A stretch of 64,000 bases of DNA from Eledone cirrhosa (Eukaryota), in assembly GCA_964016885.1 (NCBI GenBank), contig OZ024765.1:6076001-6140000 (forward strand). Reading direction: 5' to 3'. How positions within the stretch are numbered: the first letter of the stretch is position 1; every line of letters starts with the position of its first letter. A model generated the notes under the pieces. That model did not search any database. It had not been told where the DNA came from and was given only the letters and a program-made list of their open reading frames with translations. The translations under genes and the position numbers were made by a program. Positions 29,863 to 43,279 of the stretch are shown in pieces.

Positions 29863-30598
29863 ATGTATAATAAACAATACAATATAATTACCTCATTACC
29901 AGAGGTTTCCCGAATAAGACGAATACGAAAAACGTCCTCATTCGTTCATCGGACAAGGCAATCTAAAACATAGTGAAATATTTGAAAAATCTCCTCAAGA
30001 AAGGCAAGAGTTTAATGGGCAAAAAAAATAAAGCAAGAGATATATAAAAATAAGGAAATATAGTTAGGGTATGTGTATAAATGTGTATATATTCACTCAC
30101 AAATGTACATGTGTGTATGTAAAAATGCATGTGTATAGTGAAAATGGAAACTTCAATACTTATATATATATATATAAATGAAAATAGAGAAATTAATGTG
30201 AGCAAGAAGCCAACAGTATTTCATAATATATAAGTGACTATAACGTCAAAATGGAAAATAAATAATGTAGGATATGGGAAAATAATTCAAACTCAATTAA
30301 AAGACAGATTTTATCCACAGATTTTGTGAAATCCAGGGAAAAAACCAATAGAGTCTTAACTCAGAATAAAATAAAGTTTAAATACTCATCCTTTAATTTG
30401 GAAAAACTACAAATGCTCTATATAGTCTTAAAAAGACTATTTAACGAAACTTTTCAGTGGGATTAGTCACGGTTGGAGTCGTTCCTCAATAGAGCTCAAC
30501 ACGATAACCAAAAACCACTGCCAAAATATGACAGAAAGGGAATTTAAAAGCAGGCTAGTTCACCTCGTGCGGAATTATGAAAATAAACACACAGGGAG

Positions 30599-30649
<51 letters not shown>

Positions 30650-30777
30650 AATCAATTTCTAGTTGATATAAAATGCTTGGATCTATTCATTGGAATCTTT
30701 GAGCTTATTCTACAGTGGATAAGGCCGCATGTCTCTCATACATGACACAATTTAATTTTGGATATATATATATATAT

Positions 30778-30969
30778 ATAGGAAAAAGTATGACCCCGAT
30801 GGCAGAGCTCAAGCCGTTTCAACGGCTATTTCTGGACCATCCAGAAATAACCGTTGAAACGGCTTGAGCTCTGCCGTCGGGGTCATACTTTTTTCCTATT
30901 ACCCATTCTACTACCCCAAGTATTGAGTACTCTGGTGTGTTATGGTCCATCTGGTTCCTTACTACATTT

Positions 30970-30972
<3 letters not shown>
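30778..30972 (+). mobile_element. Penelope-like hairpin element (copy 53241-53432; tail-only copy 53770-53860)
   Basis: About 60-bp inverted arms plus about 70-nt tail with GAGTACTC; (TA)n on both sides. Confidence 0.65.
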
Positions 30973-31014
<42 letters not shown>

Positions 31015-31480
31015 GCAAAGGTAAACAGAAATAACAACGCAATCGGTACAGTATATGGAAGGGATGGATATATTAGGTTAACGCTTGATATAGCAGGAAG
31101 AGGGTCTTAACGTTTCTGATGCTAGTCCTTCATCAGTTTTTGCTCCTTATCATGATTGTGTATTCTTGTCGCTTCTACCTGCTGGAACTGCTGAGAATAC
31201 ATAATATTCTCTAACGTATACAGCGGCTGATTAGCCTAATTTGCATACCGAACAATTTTACTTCTGGTTTTGCAGAAAATTAAAAAACACTATATATATA
31301 TATATATATACTTATACTTGGGGAGGGTCATAGTGTTGTAATATTGCCAGAAATAATAACAGAACACACTCACTGTTTGGTTTGGGTTGGTTTTCGCTTC
31401 TGTATCTTTTTTATATCTCCATAGTTAATTTATTTGGCAATCAATGTTTATCATTGATTGACCAACAGTTAAAAATACAG

Positions 31481-31535
<55 letters not shown>

Positions 31536-31796
31536 ATCAAAGTTTTTTCATCACACATATGCGACATCATCGGTGGTACTATTATGTTTCCTACCAGTTT
31601 ATTGTATTGTCTACGCCATTTTTATTTTATACATATATATATATATGTGTGTGTGTGTGTGTACGTGTGTGTTTTATGTTATAAATTTGATCCATTCATT
31701 CTAATTGTTCTATTTTCCAACCATGCCCACCTCTTCCTCAACTACCACCACTGCTACTACCACCACCACTGCTACTACCACTGAAAATATTTGCAG

Positions 31797-31848
31797 GGTT
31801 ATAAGTTACAGTTAACCCCTGACACATGCTGTCCCGTATGTGTTGAAG
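31797..31848 (+). CDS. BMPER: BMPER exon, end of VWC5 (GYKLQLTPDTCCPVCVE)
   Basis: ttgcag| ... G|gtatgt, 52 nt. Confidence 0.88.
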
Positions 31849-31965
31849 GTATGTATTTCCCTTATATTATCCTGTCTTCTTCTACCCCCACTTATTGCAG
31901 AGAGGGTCACGGGGGAAGAGTCCTCAAACACAGAAAAATAACAGGTCCATTCATATATATATATG

Positions 31966-32310
31966 GAGGCGCATGACTTAGTGGTTAGAGCATTGGCCTT
32001 GCAATCGAAAGGTTGTGAGTTCAATTCTCAGACCGGGTGATGTGTTGTTTCCTTGAGCAAGACACTTTATTTCACATTGCTCCAGTTTACTCAGCTGTAG
32101 AAATGAGATGATAGGACTGGGGTCCCTATCATTCCACTGCAAAGTGGTCGTGGAGGTGCCACGGCAAAAAAGCACCCAGCACTCACTGTAAATGAGGTTG
32201 GTGTTAGGAAGGGCATCCAGCTGTAGAAATCAAGCCACAATCAGTTCCCGTCCCACCCTTGCAAGCAGGGAAAAGTGGACGTAAAATGAAATGATGAAAT
32301 GATGATGAAA
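31966..32310 (+). mobile_element. Full-length tRNA-derived SINE, family B
   Basis: Head TGACTTAGTGG...CTTGCAAT...GAGTTCAATTCTC; CCTTGAGCAAGACAC core; RTE-like tail with (TGA)n; copies 41931-42270(-), 24506-24662. Confidence 0.85.
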
Positions 32311-32834
32311 TGATATAAATATATTGTTCCCCAGTATTTGTGGCGGTTACATTCCTAGACCACCTGCAAAGAGTAAAAAACTGCAAATATTGGACGTGGT
32401 CCATAAAAATACCTATAAACATCAAAATATAATGTAAAATATAATTTTAAAAAAAGAGGGAGTGTCTTATGCGAAGGGGCGTCCAATAGGCCAGCAAATA
32501 CAGTATATTGTTATTAATAATTTAGCGTTTAAAAAAAATATATATATTGCCACAAAAAAGACTTTAAAAAATCGTGGAAGATATTTACAATTCCACAAAT
32601 AGGGAGTGTTTTATGACTGGCCCCATGACCCCCTCAGGAATAAGTGGGCGAAGAAGAAGACATATATATATATATCTCAGCAATTAAAAATCGAAAATTT
32701 TGCTTCATACATTGTTAATAGTTTCTATAGCTGTCTCGGTGGCCTAGTGGGAGGTATTAAAGACAGTGGAAATCCTATTCTGGGGTTCAATCCTGGCCAG
32801 TACCTTAGTAAACTTTTTTATTACTTTCTACAAC

Positions 32835-33130
32835 ACCAAAACCATTGTCAATAACTCCAAAACCAATATCAATAACTTTAAAACCATTATCAATAACTCC
32901 AAAATCATTATCAATAACTTTAAAACCATTATCAATAACTTTAAAACCATTATCAATAACTTTAAAACCATTATCAATAACTTTAAAACCATTATCAATA
33001 ACTTTAAAACCATTATCAATAACTTTAAAACCATTATCAATAACTTTAAAACCAATATCAATAACTTTAAAACCATTATCAATAACTTTAAAACCAATAT
33101 CAATAACTTTAAAATGCTTACCAATAACTC
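32835..33130. repeat. 21-bp minisatellite AAAACCATTATCAATAACTTT, about 14 copies
   Basis: Direct reading. Confidence 0.92.
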
Positions 33131-33182
33131 CAATCAATTCAGAATCATATTTTCTCAATTTAATTTCTTTCTTGATTTACAG

Positions 33183-33846
33183 AAGCTGTATGCACTGTAT
33201 TTGGGGACCCCCACTATCGAACGTTTGATGGAAAGATCTATAATTTCCAAGGACGGTGTAAATATATTTTAGCGAAAGATTGTGTGGATCGAACGTTTAG
33301 TATCAAAGTACAGAACGATGCTCGTCTCACATCGGATTTCTCCTGGACACATCGCGTCACAATCTTGTTGCCAAATTTCCGTGTTACATTACAACAAAAA
33401 CTGGTCGTTAAGGTAAACCGGCGTCGAATTAAGTTGCCGTTTCGTTCAGTAAAGGCCCCAACAATGTGGATTAGACAGGATGGTCATTCTGTTGTGATGA
33501 ATGCTCCGAACGGTATGCAAGTGGTATGGGATGGGGATAGCTTCCTGGAGATTACTGTACCGAGCATGTTTAAGATGAAACTCTGCGGTCTTTGTGGAAA
33601 TTACAATGGAGATCCGACAGATGACTTAATCGGAAAAAATGGTGTCTCATATTTTAACGAACAGGAGTTTGGTGACAGCTGGAGAACTGGGAGTCGGTTG
33701 GCATGCCGGAATAGGCTGACACCGCTCCAAAAGAAAGAGTCACCATGTGAGAAGAATTTTAAATCCAGAGAACATGAGTGCCAAATCCTCCTTAGTGAAG
33801 TTTTCACTGAGTGCCGCAAAAAAGTCGACCCTAAAACATACTACAG
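33183..33846 (+). CDS. BMPER: BMPER exon, VWD domain and start of C8 (AVCTVFGDPHYRTFDGKIYNFQGRCKY...LCGLCGNYNG...)
   Basis: ttacag| ... AG|gtaagg, 664 nt; GDPH and CGLCGNYNG VWD signatures. Confidence 0.95.
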
Positions 33847-34242
33847 GTAAGGCGAGGCCGACACCATATTGCTTTTCTTATCTATGTATAAATTTCTCCA
33901 ATTCTGTCACATGTAAAGAGAGGGGAGTAGTTTGATTACCTCATACTACTCCCCTCTCTTTACGTCTGCTGCTTGCATGAACATATGTGTGTGTAAAAGG
34001 AAGGAAGGGGATTTATATCTATCTATGTATAAATTTCTGCGATTCTGTCATGTAAAAAGAGAGGAGTAGTTTGACTACCTCATCCTACTCCCCTCTCTTT
34101 ACGTCTGCTGCCTGTGTGAACATATGTGTGTAAAAGGAACTACACCGTGTGTGAGTATATGTGTATGTATGTGTTTGGTAAATGTATGTATGTGTTCATA
34201 CAAAATATAAAACAATCAAATTTTAGTTTAATACATTTAATT

Positions 34243-34287
34243 TCTGACAATTGTTTCTTCCAGACAACTGTCTGGATTCATCAGAGC
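34243..34287 (-). ncRNA. Minimal hammerhead ribozyme with canonical core
   Basis: rc: CT-CTGATGA-A-TCCAGAC agtt GTCTGGA-A-GAA-ACAATTGT-C-AG; palindromic stem III, GUC cleavage triplet. Confidence 0.7.
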
Positions 34288-34599
34288 ATACATAATGTTT
34301 AAACAAGTAATTATAATCCTAGTCCTCAGAACATTCATAAAGATACATTACATGTGTGTGTTCATATAAATGTATATGTGTTTATATAAATGTATGTGTG
34401 TGTTTGTGTGAATGTAAGTGTGTGTTTGTGTGAATGTAAGTGTGTGTTTGTGTGAATGTAAGTGTGTTTGTGTGAATGTATGTGTGTTTGTGTGAATGTA
34501 TGTCTGTGAGTGTGTATTTTTGTAAGTGTGTCTGTGTTTGCACGTTTATATGTATATACTCATACATACACACATGTCAGCATATGGAAAAAAAACGAA

Positions 34600-34833
34600 G
34601 CCACAAAGCCAAAACAGCTTGTGGATAAGACACAAAGCCAAAACATCTTGTGGATAAGACACAAAGCCAAAACATCTTGTGGATAAGACACAAAGCCAAA
34701 ACATCTTGTGGATAAGACACAAAGCCAAAACATCTTGTGGATAAGACACAAGGCCAAAACATCTTGTGGATAAGATACAAGGCCAAAATATCTTGTGGAT
34801 AAGACACAAGGTCAAAACATCTTGTGGATAAGA
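34600..34833. repeat. 29-bp minisatellite, about 8 copies
   Basis: CACAAAGCCAAAACATCTTGTGGATAAGA. Confidence 0.92.
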
Positions 34834-35149
34834 CCATCGGATTCCAAACATGTAAATAATGCTTTCTTATATAGGCACAAGGCCAGCAATTCTGGTGGAG
34901 GGGAAAGTCAATTAAATCAACCCCAGCGCGTGACTGGTACTTTATTTTATTTAACCCTGCAAGGATGAAAGGCAAAGCTAACCTCAGTGGGATTTGAACT
35001 CAGAACCTAAAGAGCCGTAAGTCTAAGCCATGAAGCATAAACGTACTTGTTTACATATATATTGTCTCTGGTTGTCCTTTATCTTTTGAAATACAGGAAA
35101 ACAGGAAGTGGTCATACTTATGCTCTATTGTCCTTATATAATATTTCAG

Positions 35150-35280
35150 ATCCTGTCTGATGGATATGTGTGACTGTCCTAAAGGGAAATTGTGCTCCTG
35201 TGAATCACTCCTGGCCTACAGTCGGGCCTGTACGAGGGAAGGTCTGTACATACCTCAAGAGAAATATGGACATTGTAAAG
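35150..35280 (+). CDS. BMPER: BMPER exon, C8 domain (SCLMDMCDCPKGKLCSCESLLAYSRACTREG...)
   Basis: tttcag| ... G|gtaacg, 131 nt, phase 2 to 1. Confidence 0.92.
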
Positions 35281-35326
35281 GTAACGTATAGGAATTTCTT
35301 ATTGCTGTCCGTCTTTGCATGTCTTT

Positions 35327-36406
35327 GACCAGATGTGAAATATAGGCCCAGATAAAGCTGGTAATAGGCTGAGACTAGATGTGAGATATATGCCTAGATA
35401 AAGCTGGTAATAGGCTGAGGCTAGATGTGAAATATAGGCCTAGATAAAGCTGGTAATAGGCTGAGACCAGATGTGAAATAAAGGCCCAGATAAAGCTGGT
35501 AATAGGCTGAAACCAGATGTGAAATATAGGCCTAGATAAAGCTGGTTATAGGCTGAGACTAGATGTGAGATATAGGCCTAGATAGAGCTGGTAATAGGCT
35601 GAGACTAGATGTGAAATATAGGCCTAAATAAAGCTGGTAATAGGCTGAGACTAGATGTGATATATAGGCCTAGATAAAGCTGGTAATAGGCTGAGACTAG
35701 ATGTGAAATATAGGCCTAAATAAAGCTGGTAATAGGCTGAGACTAGATGTGAGATATAGGCCTAGATAAAGCTGGTAATAAGCTGAGACCAGATGTGAAA
35801 TATAGGCCCAGATAAAGCTGGTAATAGGCTGAGACTAGATGTGAGATATAGGCCGAGATAAAGCTTGTAATAGGATGAGACTTGATGTGAAATATAGGCC
35901 CAGATAAGGCTGGTAATAGGCTGAGACCAGATGTGAAATATAGGCCCAGATAAAGCTGGTAATAGGCTGAGACTAGATGTGAGATATAGGCCTAGATAAA
36001 GCTGGTAATAGGCTGAGACTAGATGTGAGATATAGGCCTAGATAAAGCTTGTAATAGGCTGAGACTTGATGTGAAATATAGGCCGAGATAAGGCTGGTAA
36101 TAGGCTGAGACCAGATATGAAATATAGGCCCAGATAAGGCTGGTAATAGGCTGAGACCAGATGTGAAATATAGGCCCAGATAAAGCTGGTAATAGGCTGA
36201 GACCAGATGTGAAATATAGGCCCAGATAAAGCTGGTAATAGGCTGAGACTAGATGTGAAATATAGGCCCAGATAAAGCTGGTAATAGGCTGAGACTAGAT
36301 GTGAAATATAGGCCTAGACAAAGCTGGTAATAGGCTGGACCAGATGTGAAATATAGGCCTAGATAAAGCTGGTAATAGGCTGAGACTAGATGTGAGATAT
36401 AGGCCT
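35327..36406. repeat. 46-bp minisatellite, about 23 copies
   Basis: AGATGTGAAATATAGGCCCAGATAAAGCTGGTAATAGGCTGAGACT. Confidence 0.93.
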
Positions 36407-37287
36407 ATATATGTGTGTATGTGTATGTGTATGTGTGTGTGTTTGTGTGTATGTGTGTGTGTATGTGTTTGTGTGTGGGTTTGTGTGTATGTATGTATGT
36501 GTGTGTGTGTATGTTGTATGTGTATCTGTGTGTGTATCGTTTAACATCTCTATTTTTTTATTTTATATTCATATTTTAAGTGTGCTTTTTTTAAATAATT
36601 CTTTTTTCTCTTTTTTTTTTCATATTCATAACATGTCCTGCTCACCACCACCAACACCATCAACACCACCACTACCACCACCACCAACACCACCAACACC
36701 ACCATCAACACCACCACTACTACCACCACCATCAACACCACCACTACCATCACCAACACCACCAACAACACCACCACCAACACCACCACTACCACCACCA
36801 ACAACACCACCACTACCACCACCACCACCACCACCACTACCACCAACACTACCACCACCACTACCACCACCACTACCACCAACACCACCACCAACACCAA
36901 CACCAACATCATCACCACCACCTACACCACCAACACCACCACACCAAACACCACCAACAACACCACCACCAACACCACCACCACCTACACCACCACCACC
37001 ACCACAAACACCACCACCACCAACACCATCAACACCACCACCACCACCTACACCACCACCACCACCTACACCAACAACACCACCACCACCACCTACACCA
37101 CCACCACCACCACCACCACCACTACCACCACCAACAACACCACCACCACCTACACCACCACCACTACCAACACCACCACCACCACCACCTACACCACCAC
37201 CACCAACACCATCACCACCACCACCACCAACACCATCACCACTACCAACACCACCACCACCACCACCTACACCACCACCACCAACAG

Positions 37288-37496
37288 ATAAGACCTGCCC
37301 CGAAGGAGCAGAATTCAATGTGTGCGGCCCTGCCTGTACTCGGACTTGTGACAACATCAACTCTATTGATAGATCGTGCTTCCTGAAACCCTGTGTAAGG
37401 GGCTGCCACTGCCCCCACAATAGACCTGCCTTCCACAATGGACGCTGTATACCTGCACACAGGTGCCCTAATGGCAAACAAGCTGACACAATATAG
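37288..37496 (+). CDS. BMPER: BMPER last coding exon, TIL domain (KTCPEGAEFNVCGPACTRTCDN...CVRGCHCP...CIPAHRCP, stop)
   Basis: Ten-cysteine TIL pattern; caacag| is the only nearby phase-1 acceptor; TAG at 37494-37496. Confidence 0.88.
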
Positions 37497-37748
37497 CTAC
37501 ATGGTTTTATATAGAGAGGGGGAGATGTGTGTGTATATATATATAGAGAGGGGGAGATGTGTGTGTATATATATATAGAGAGGGGGAGATGTGTGTGTAT
37601 ATATATATATATAGAGAGAGAGAGAGGGGGAGATGTGTGTATATATATATATATAGAGAGAGAGAGGGATGTGTGTATATATATATAGAGATAGAGAGAG
37701 AGAGTTGTGTGTATATATATATATATATAGATAGATAGAGAGAGAGAG

Positions 37749-37793
<45 letters not shown>

Positions 37794-38063
37794 TGTGTGT
37801 GTATATATATATATAGAGAGAGAGAGAGGTGTGTATATATATATATATATAGAGAGAGAGATGTGTGTGTATATATATATAGAGAGGGGGGAGATGTGTA
37901 TATATATATAGAGAGAGAGAGATGTGTGTGTATATATATATAGAGAGGGGGGAGATGTGTATATATATATATATAGAGAGAGAGAGAGATGTGTGTATAT
38001 ATATATATAGATCGAGAGAGAGAGTTGTGTGTATATATATATATAGAGAGAGAGAGATGTGTG

Positions 38064-38095
<32 letters not shown>

Positions 38096-38097
38096 TG

Positions 38098-38128
<31 letters not shown>

Positions 38129-38433
38129 ATGTTTTTGTGTGTATATATATGTGTTTTTATGTGTATGTAAATGTGTGTATATATATATGTGGTGTGTGTG
38201 TATACGTGTGTGCTTGTGTGTATGTATATATATATATATGTGTGTGTGTATCTGTAAGTGCTTCTATATATGCGTATGTCTTTATGTATATATACATGTC
38301 TTTGTAAGAATATATATATATATATATGCATATGTGTATCTGTATGTATATATATATGCACTATATATTTATATATATCTATCTATCTAACTATCTCTAT
38401 ATATATATATGTATATATATATATTTGTGTGTG

Positions 38434-38475
<42 letters not shown>

Positions 38476-38504
38476 CATTTATATATATATATACACATAT
38501 ATAT

Positions 38505-38567
<63 letters not shown>

Positions 38568-38598
38568 TTTATATATATATACATATATATATATATAC

Positions 38599-38633
<35 letters not shown>

Positions 38634-38666
38634 CATTTATATATATATATATATACACATATATAT

Positions 38667-38702
<36 letters not shown>

Positions 38703-39046
38703 TCATATATATATATACATTTATATATATATACATATATATAGAAATACATATATATATATATATACATTTATATATATATACATATATATAGAAATAC
38801 ATATATATATATATATACATTTATACATATATATATATATACATTTATATATATATACATATATATATATTTATATATATATACATATATATATATATAC
38901 ACATATATACATATATATATATATACATATATATATACATTTATATATATATACATATATATATATATACATTTATATATATATACATATATATATATAT
39001 ACATATATATATATACATATATATATATATACATATATATATATAC

Positions 39047-39077
<31 letters not shown>

Positions 39078-39092
39078 CATATATATATATAC

Positions 39093-39155
<63 letters not shown>

Positions 39156-39289
39156 CATATATATATATACATATATATATATACATATATATATATACAT
39201 ATATATATATACATATATATATATATACATATATATACATATACATATATATACATATACATATATATACATATACATATATATATATG

Positions 39290-39352
<63 letters not shown>

Positions 39353-39479
39353 TCACATACAACATACAACATACACACACCATATTTTTCTATCTGCTAG
39401 ACTCAGGTTCAATTCTAGGAAGCGGACATTTCTCTATTTATTTTGATTAATTTAAATAATGGTATCACTGTTGTTGTCG

Positions 39480-40362
39480 ATGGTGGGCTGACGGGTTAAG
39501 GGGCTTCGGTTTGTAACCACAAGGTACCAGGTTTGTAACCACAAGGTACCAGGTTTGAAATCACAAGGTACCAAGTTTGTAACCACAAGGAACCAGGTTT
39601 GTAGCCACAAGGTACCAGGTTTGTAACCACAAGGTACCAAGTTTGTAACCACAAGGTACCAGGTTTGAAATCACAAGGAACCAGGTTTGTAACCACAAGG
39701 TACCAGGTTTGTAACCACAAGGTACCAGGTTTGTAACCACAAGGTACCAGGTTTGTAACCACAAGGTACCAGGTTTGAAATCACAAGGAACCAGGTTTGT
39801 AACCACAAGGTACCAGGTTTGTAACCACAAGGTACCAGGTTTGTAACCACAAGGTACCAGGTTTGTAGCCACAAGGTACCAGGTTTGTAACCACAAGGTA
39901 CCAGGTTTGTAACCACAAGGTACCAGGTTTGTAACCACAAGGTACCAAGTTTGTAACCACAAGGACCCAGGTTTGTAACCACAAGGTACCAGGTTTGTAA
40001 CCACAAGGTACCAGGTTTGTAACCACAAGGTACCAAGTTTGTAACCACAAGGTACCAGGTTTGTAACCACAAGGTACCAAGTTTGTAACCACAAGGTACC
40101 AGGTTTGTAACCACAAGGTACCAGGTTTGTAACCACAAGGTACCAAGTTTGTAACCACAAGGTACCAGGTTTGTAACCACAAGGTACCAAGTTTGTAACC
40201 ACAAGGTACCAAGTTTGTAACCACAAGGTACCAGGTTTGTAACCACAAGGTACCAAGTTTGTAACCACAAGGTACCAGGTTTGTAACCACAAGGTACCAG
40301 GTTTGTAACCACAAGGTACCAGGTTTGAAGCCACTGTTGTGTGTAATCTTGGGACAAGTGTG
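39480..40362 (+). repeat. 22-bp minisatellite (about 37 copies) inside a tRNA-derived SINE head
   Basis: GGTTTGTAACCACAAGGTACCA unit at 39508-40328, with SINE-like flanks. Confidence 0.88.
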
Positions 40363-40528
40363 TGAATTATATTTTTTTGGCATGTGTGTTTGTCAGTATT
40401 ATATTATGTGTGTTTGTGTATGTGTGAATGTCTATATATATATATATATGCATATATATATAGAAATATATATATGTGTGTGTGTGTGTGTGTGCATGTA
40501 TCTGTGTGTGTATATGTATATATATATT

Positions 40529-40570
<42 letters not shown>

Positions 40571-40648
40571 TATATATATAGAAATATATATATATGTGTG
40601 TGTGTGTGCATGTATGTGTGTGTATATATATATTTATGTGTATATATA

Positions 40649-40685
<37 letters not shown>

Positions 40686-40744
40686 ATATATATATATATG
40701 TGTGTGTGTGTGCATCTATGTGTGTGTATATATATTTTTATGTG

Positions 40745-40860
<116 letters not shown>

Positions 40861-40873
40861 TATATATATAGAA

Positions 40874-40904
<31 letters not shown>

Positions 40905-40946
40905 CATGTATGTGTGTATATATATATTTGTGTGTATATATATATA

Positions 40947-41000
<54 letters not shown>

Positions 41001-41081
41001 TATATATATGTGTGTGTGTGTGTGCATGTATGTGTGTGTGTATATGTATATATATATATTTGTGTGTATATATATATGTGC

Positions 41082-41126
<45 letters not shown>

Positions 41127-41194
41127 TATATATATCTTTGTGTGTGTATATAGATATAGATATCTGTGTATATATACATATATATATATCACCT

Positions 41195-41505
41195 TGATCA
41201 TCTTAACCGACCAGTCTGTCGGGCGTCCATTCAGCGCCGCTGGTCACAGCACGCCGTCCATTCCTCTCTGGATCATGCTTTCCTCATCCATGTATTCCCA
41301 ATCGTATTCTTAAAATCGTAACTCCACCCTCGTGGAGGCCCTCCGAGTGGTCGTTTCCGCTCGCGCGGGTACCACTCGGCAACTGCGCGGGTCCACCGAT
41401 TATCGGTGAACCGTGCGACGTGTCCAGCCCATCTGAACTTGCTGTGCCTATATTCCGTGATGACATCCCTCACGCCGGACTCCTGTCTGATGACTTCGCT
41501 CCTGA
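41195..41505 (-). mobile_element. RTE-clade LINE 3' fragment (third family)
   Basis: KFRWAGHVARFTDNRWTRAVAEWYPRERKRPLGGPPRGW. Confidence 0.85.
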
Positions 41506-41524
41506 TGTATATATATATTGAAAA

Positions 41525-41924
41525 GATAACATGGACGATTGGTTACTCCTTCATTACGTTTATTGGTAGGGGACGCGCGTTTCGCCACTGATCAGCTCAA
41601 GGTTCGATCTGTATCGATCTGACCCGACTCTGTAATCCGCAGCTCAACGGACCCCTTAAAATGCTAGTAGAAAATTTAAGGGGTCCGTCAAACTGTGCAT
41701 TACAGAGTCGGGTAAGATCGATAGAGATCGAACCTTGAGCTGATCAGTGGCGTAACGCGCGTCCCCTACCAATAAACGTAATGAAGGAGTAACCAATTGT
41801 CCTTGTTATATTATTTCACTATAATACACTCTGTCTAGCTCTACCCCTCGACACAGAAGTGAACCTAAACATCGAGTGCTCACCCGGGTGAACCTACAGT
41901 GACTCCAAGTTACACTCCCTGGAT
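41525..41924 (+). mobile_element. Palindromic Penelope-like element (about 135-bp arms plus about 110-nt tail; single-arm relative at 22862-23022)
   Basis: Inverted arms around about 41665; CTGATCA-GTGGC-GAAACGCGCGTC degenerate hammerhead; AATAAA; tail ends CCCTGGA-TATA in both copies. Confidence 0.7.
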
Positions 41925-42715
41925 ATATAATCATTCATCATTTCATTTTACGTCCGCTTCTCCCTGCTTGCAAGGGTGGGACGGGAACTGGTTCTGGCTT
42001 GATTTCTACAGCTGGATGCCCTTCCTAACACCAACCTCATTTACAGTGAGTGCTGGGTGCTTTTTTGCCGTGGCACCTCCACGATCACTTTGCAGTGGAA
42101 TGATAGGGACCCCAATCCCTATCATCTAATTTCTACAGCTGAGTAAACTGGAGCAATGTGAAATAAAGTGTCTTGCTCAAGGAAACAACACATCACCCGG
42201 TCTGAGAATTGAACTCACAACCTTTCGATTGCAAGGCCAATGCTCTAACCACTAAGCCATGTGCCTCCATATATAGTTGAATAAATGAACAGAGAACAAA
42301 AAACAGAGAGGCAGTACAAATGATATGGTTTTTAGTTTCACGCTTGAGAGTGGGGGGGGGGGGGAGGAGCATATATCTGTGTGTGTGCGTGTGTGTATAT
42401 ATATATCTGTGTGTGTGTATATATATATATCTGTGTGTGTGTGTGTGTATATATATATGTGTGTGTGTGTGTGTATATATATGTGTGTGTGTGTATATAT
42501 ATATATGTGTGTGTGTGTGTATATATATATATATCTGTGTGTGTGTGTGTGTATATCGATATAAATATCTCTGTGTGTGTATATATATATATATATCTGT
42601 GTGTGTATATATATCTGTATGTTTATATATATATATATCTGTATATATATATATATATATATATCTGTAAATATATATATATATGTGTATGTGTATATAT
42701 ATATATATCTGTGTG

Positions 42716-42746
<31 letters not shown>

Positions 42747-42773
42747 ATATATATATATATGCATATATATATT

Positions 42774-42804
<31 letters not shown>

Positions 42805-42837
42805 GTGTGTGTATATATATATATATATATGTGTGTG

Positions 42838-42868
<31 letters not shown>

Positions 42869-42895
42869 ATATATATATATATGCATATATATATC

Positions 42896-42976
<81 letters not shown>

Positions 42977-43007
42977 ATATATATATATATGCATATATAT
43001 ATCTGTG

Positions 43008-43049
<42 letters not shown>

Positions 43050-43085
43050 TATATCTGTGGGTTTATATATATATATATATATATA

Positions 43086-43270
43086 CAGTAGTCTCCCAGT
43101 ATTCGTGGGCATTACGTTCCTAGACCACCCCTGAAGAGAGAAAAACTGCGAATTTTGGCCGTGGTCCATAAAAATCCCTGTAAACATCAAAATATAAGGA
43201 AAAAAGAGGGAGCGTCTCATACGAAGTGGTGTCCAATAGGCTATGTCCAATATGGTGTATTGTTATTGAT
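43086..43270 (+). mobile_element. Probable pogo/Tigger-like DNA transposon remnant (copy 32325-32515)
   Basis: TA-CAGTAGTCTCCC start; two homologous copies. Confidence 0.45.
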
Positions 43271-43279
43271 AATTTAGTA

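Noticed and set aside
31966-32040. tRNA-Cys-like gene
   Set aside because: Acceptor stem not complete and it continues into a multi-copy SINE body.
36411-37287. Polyproline stretch in frame with the TIL exon
   Set aside because: No phase-compatible AG upstream of the repeat; treated as intron.
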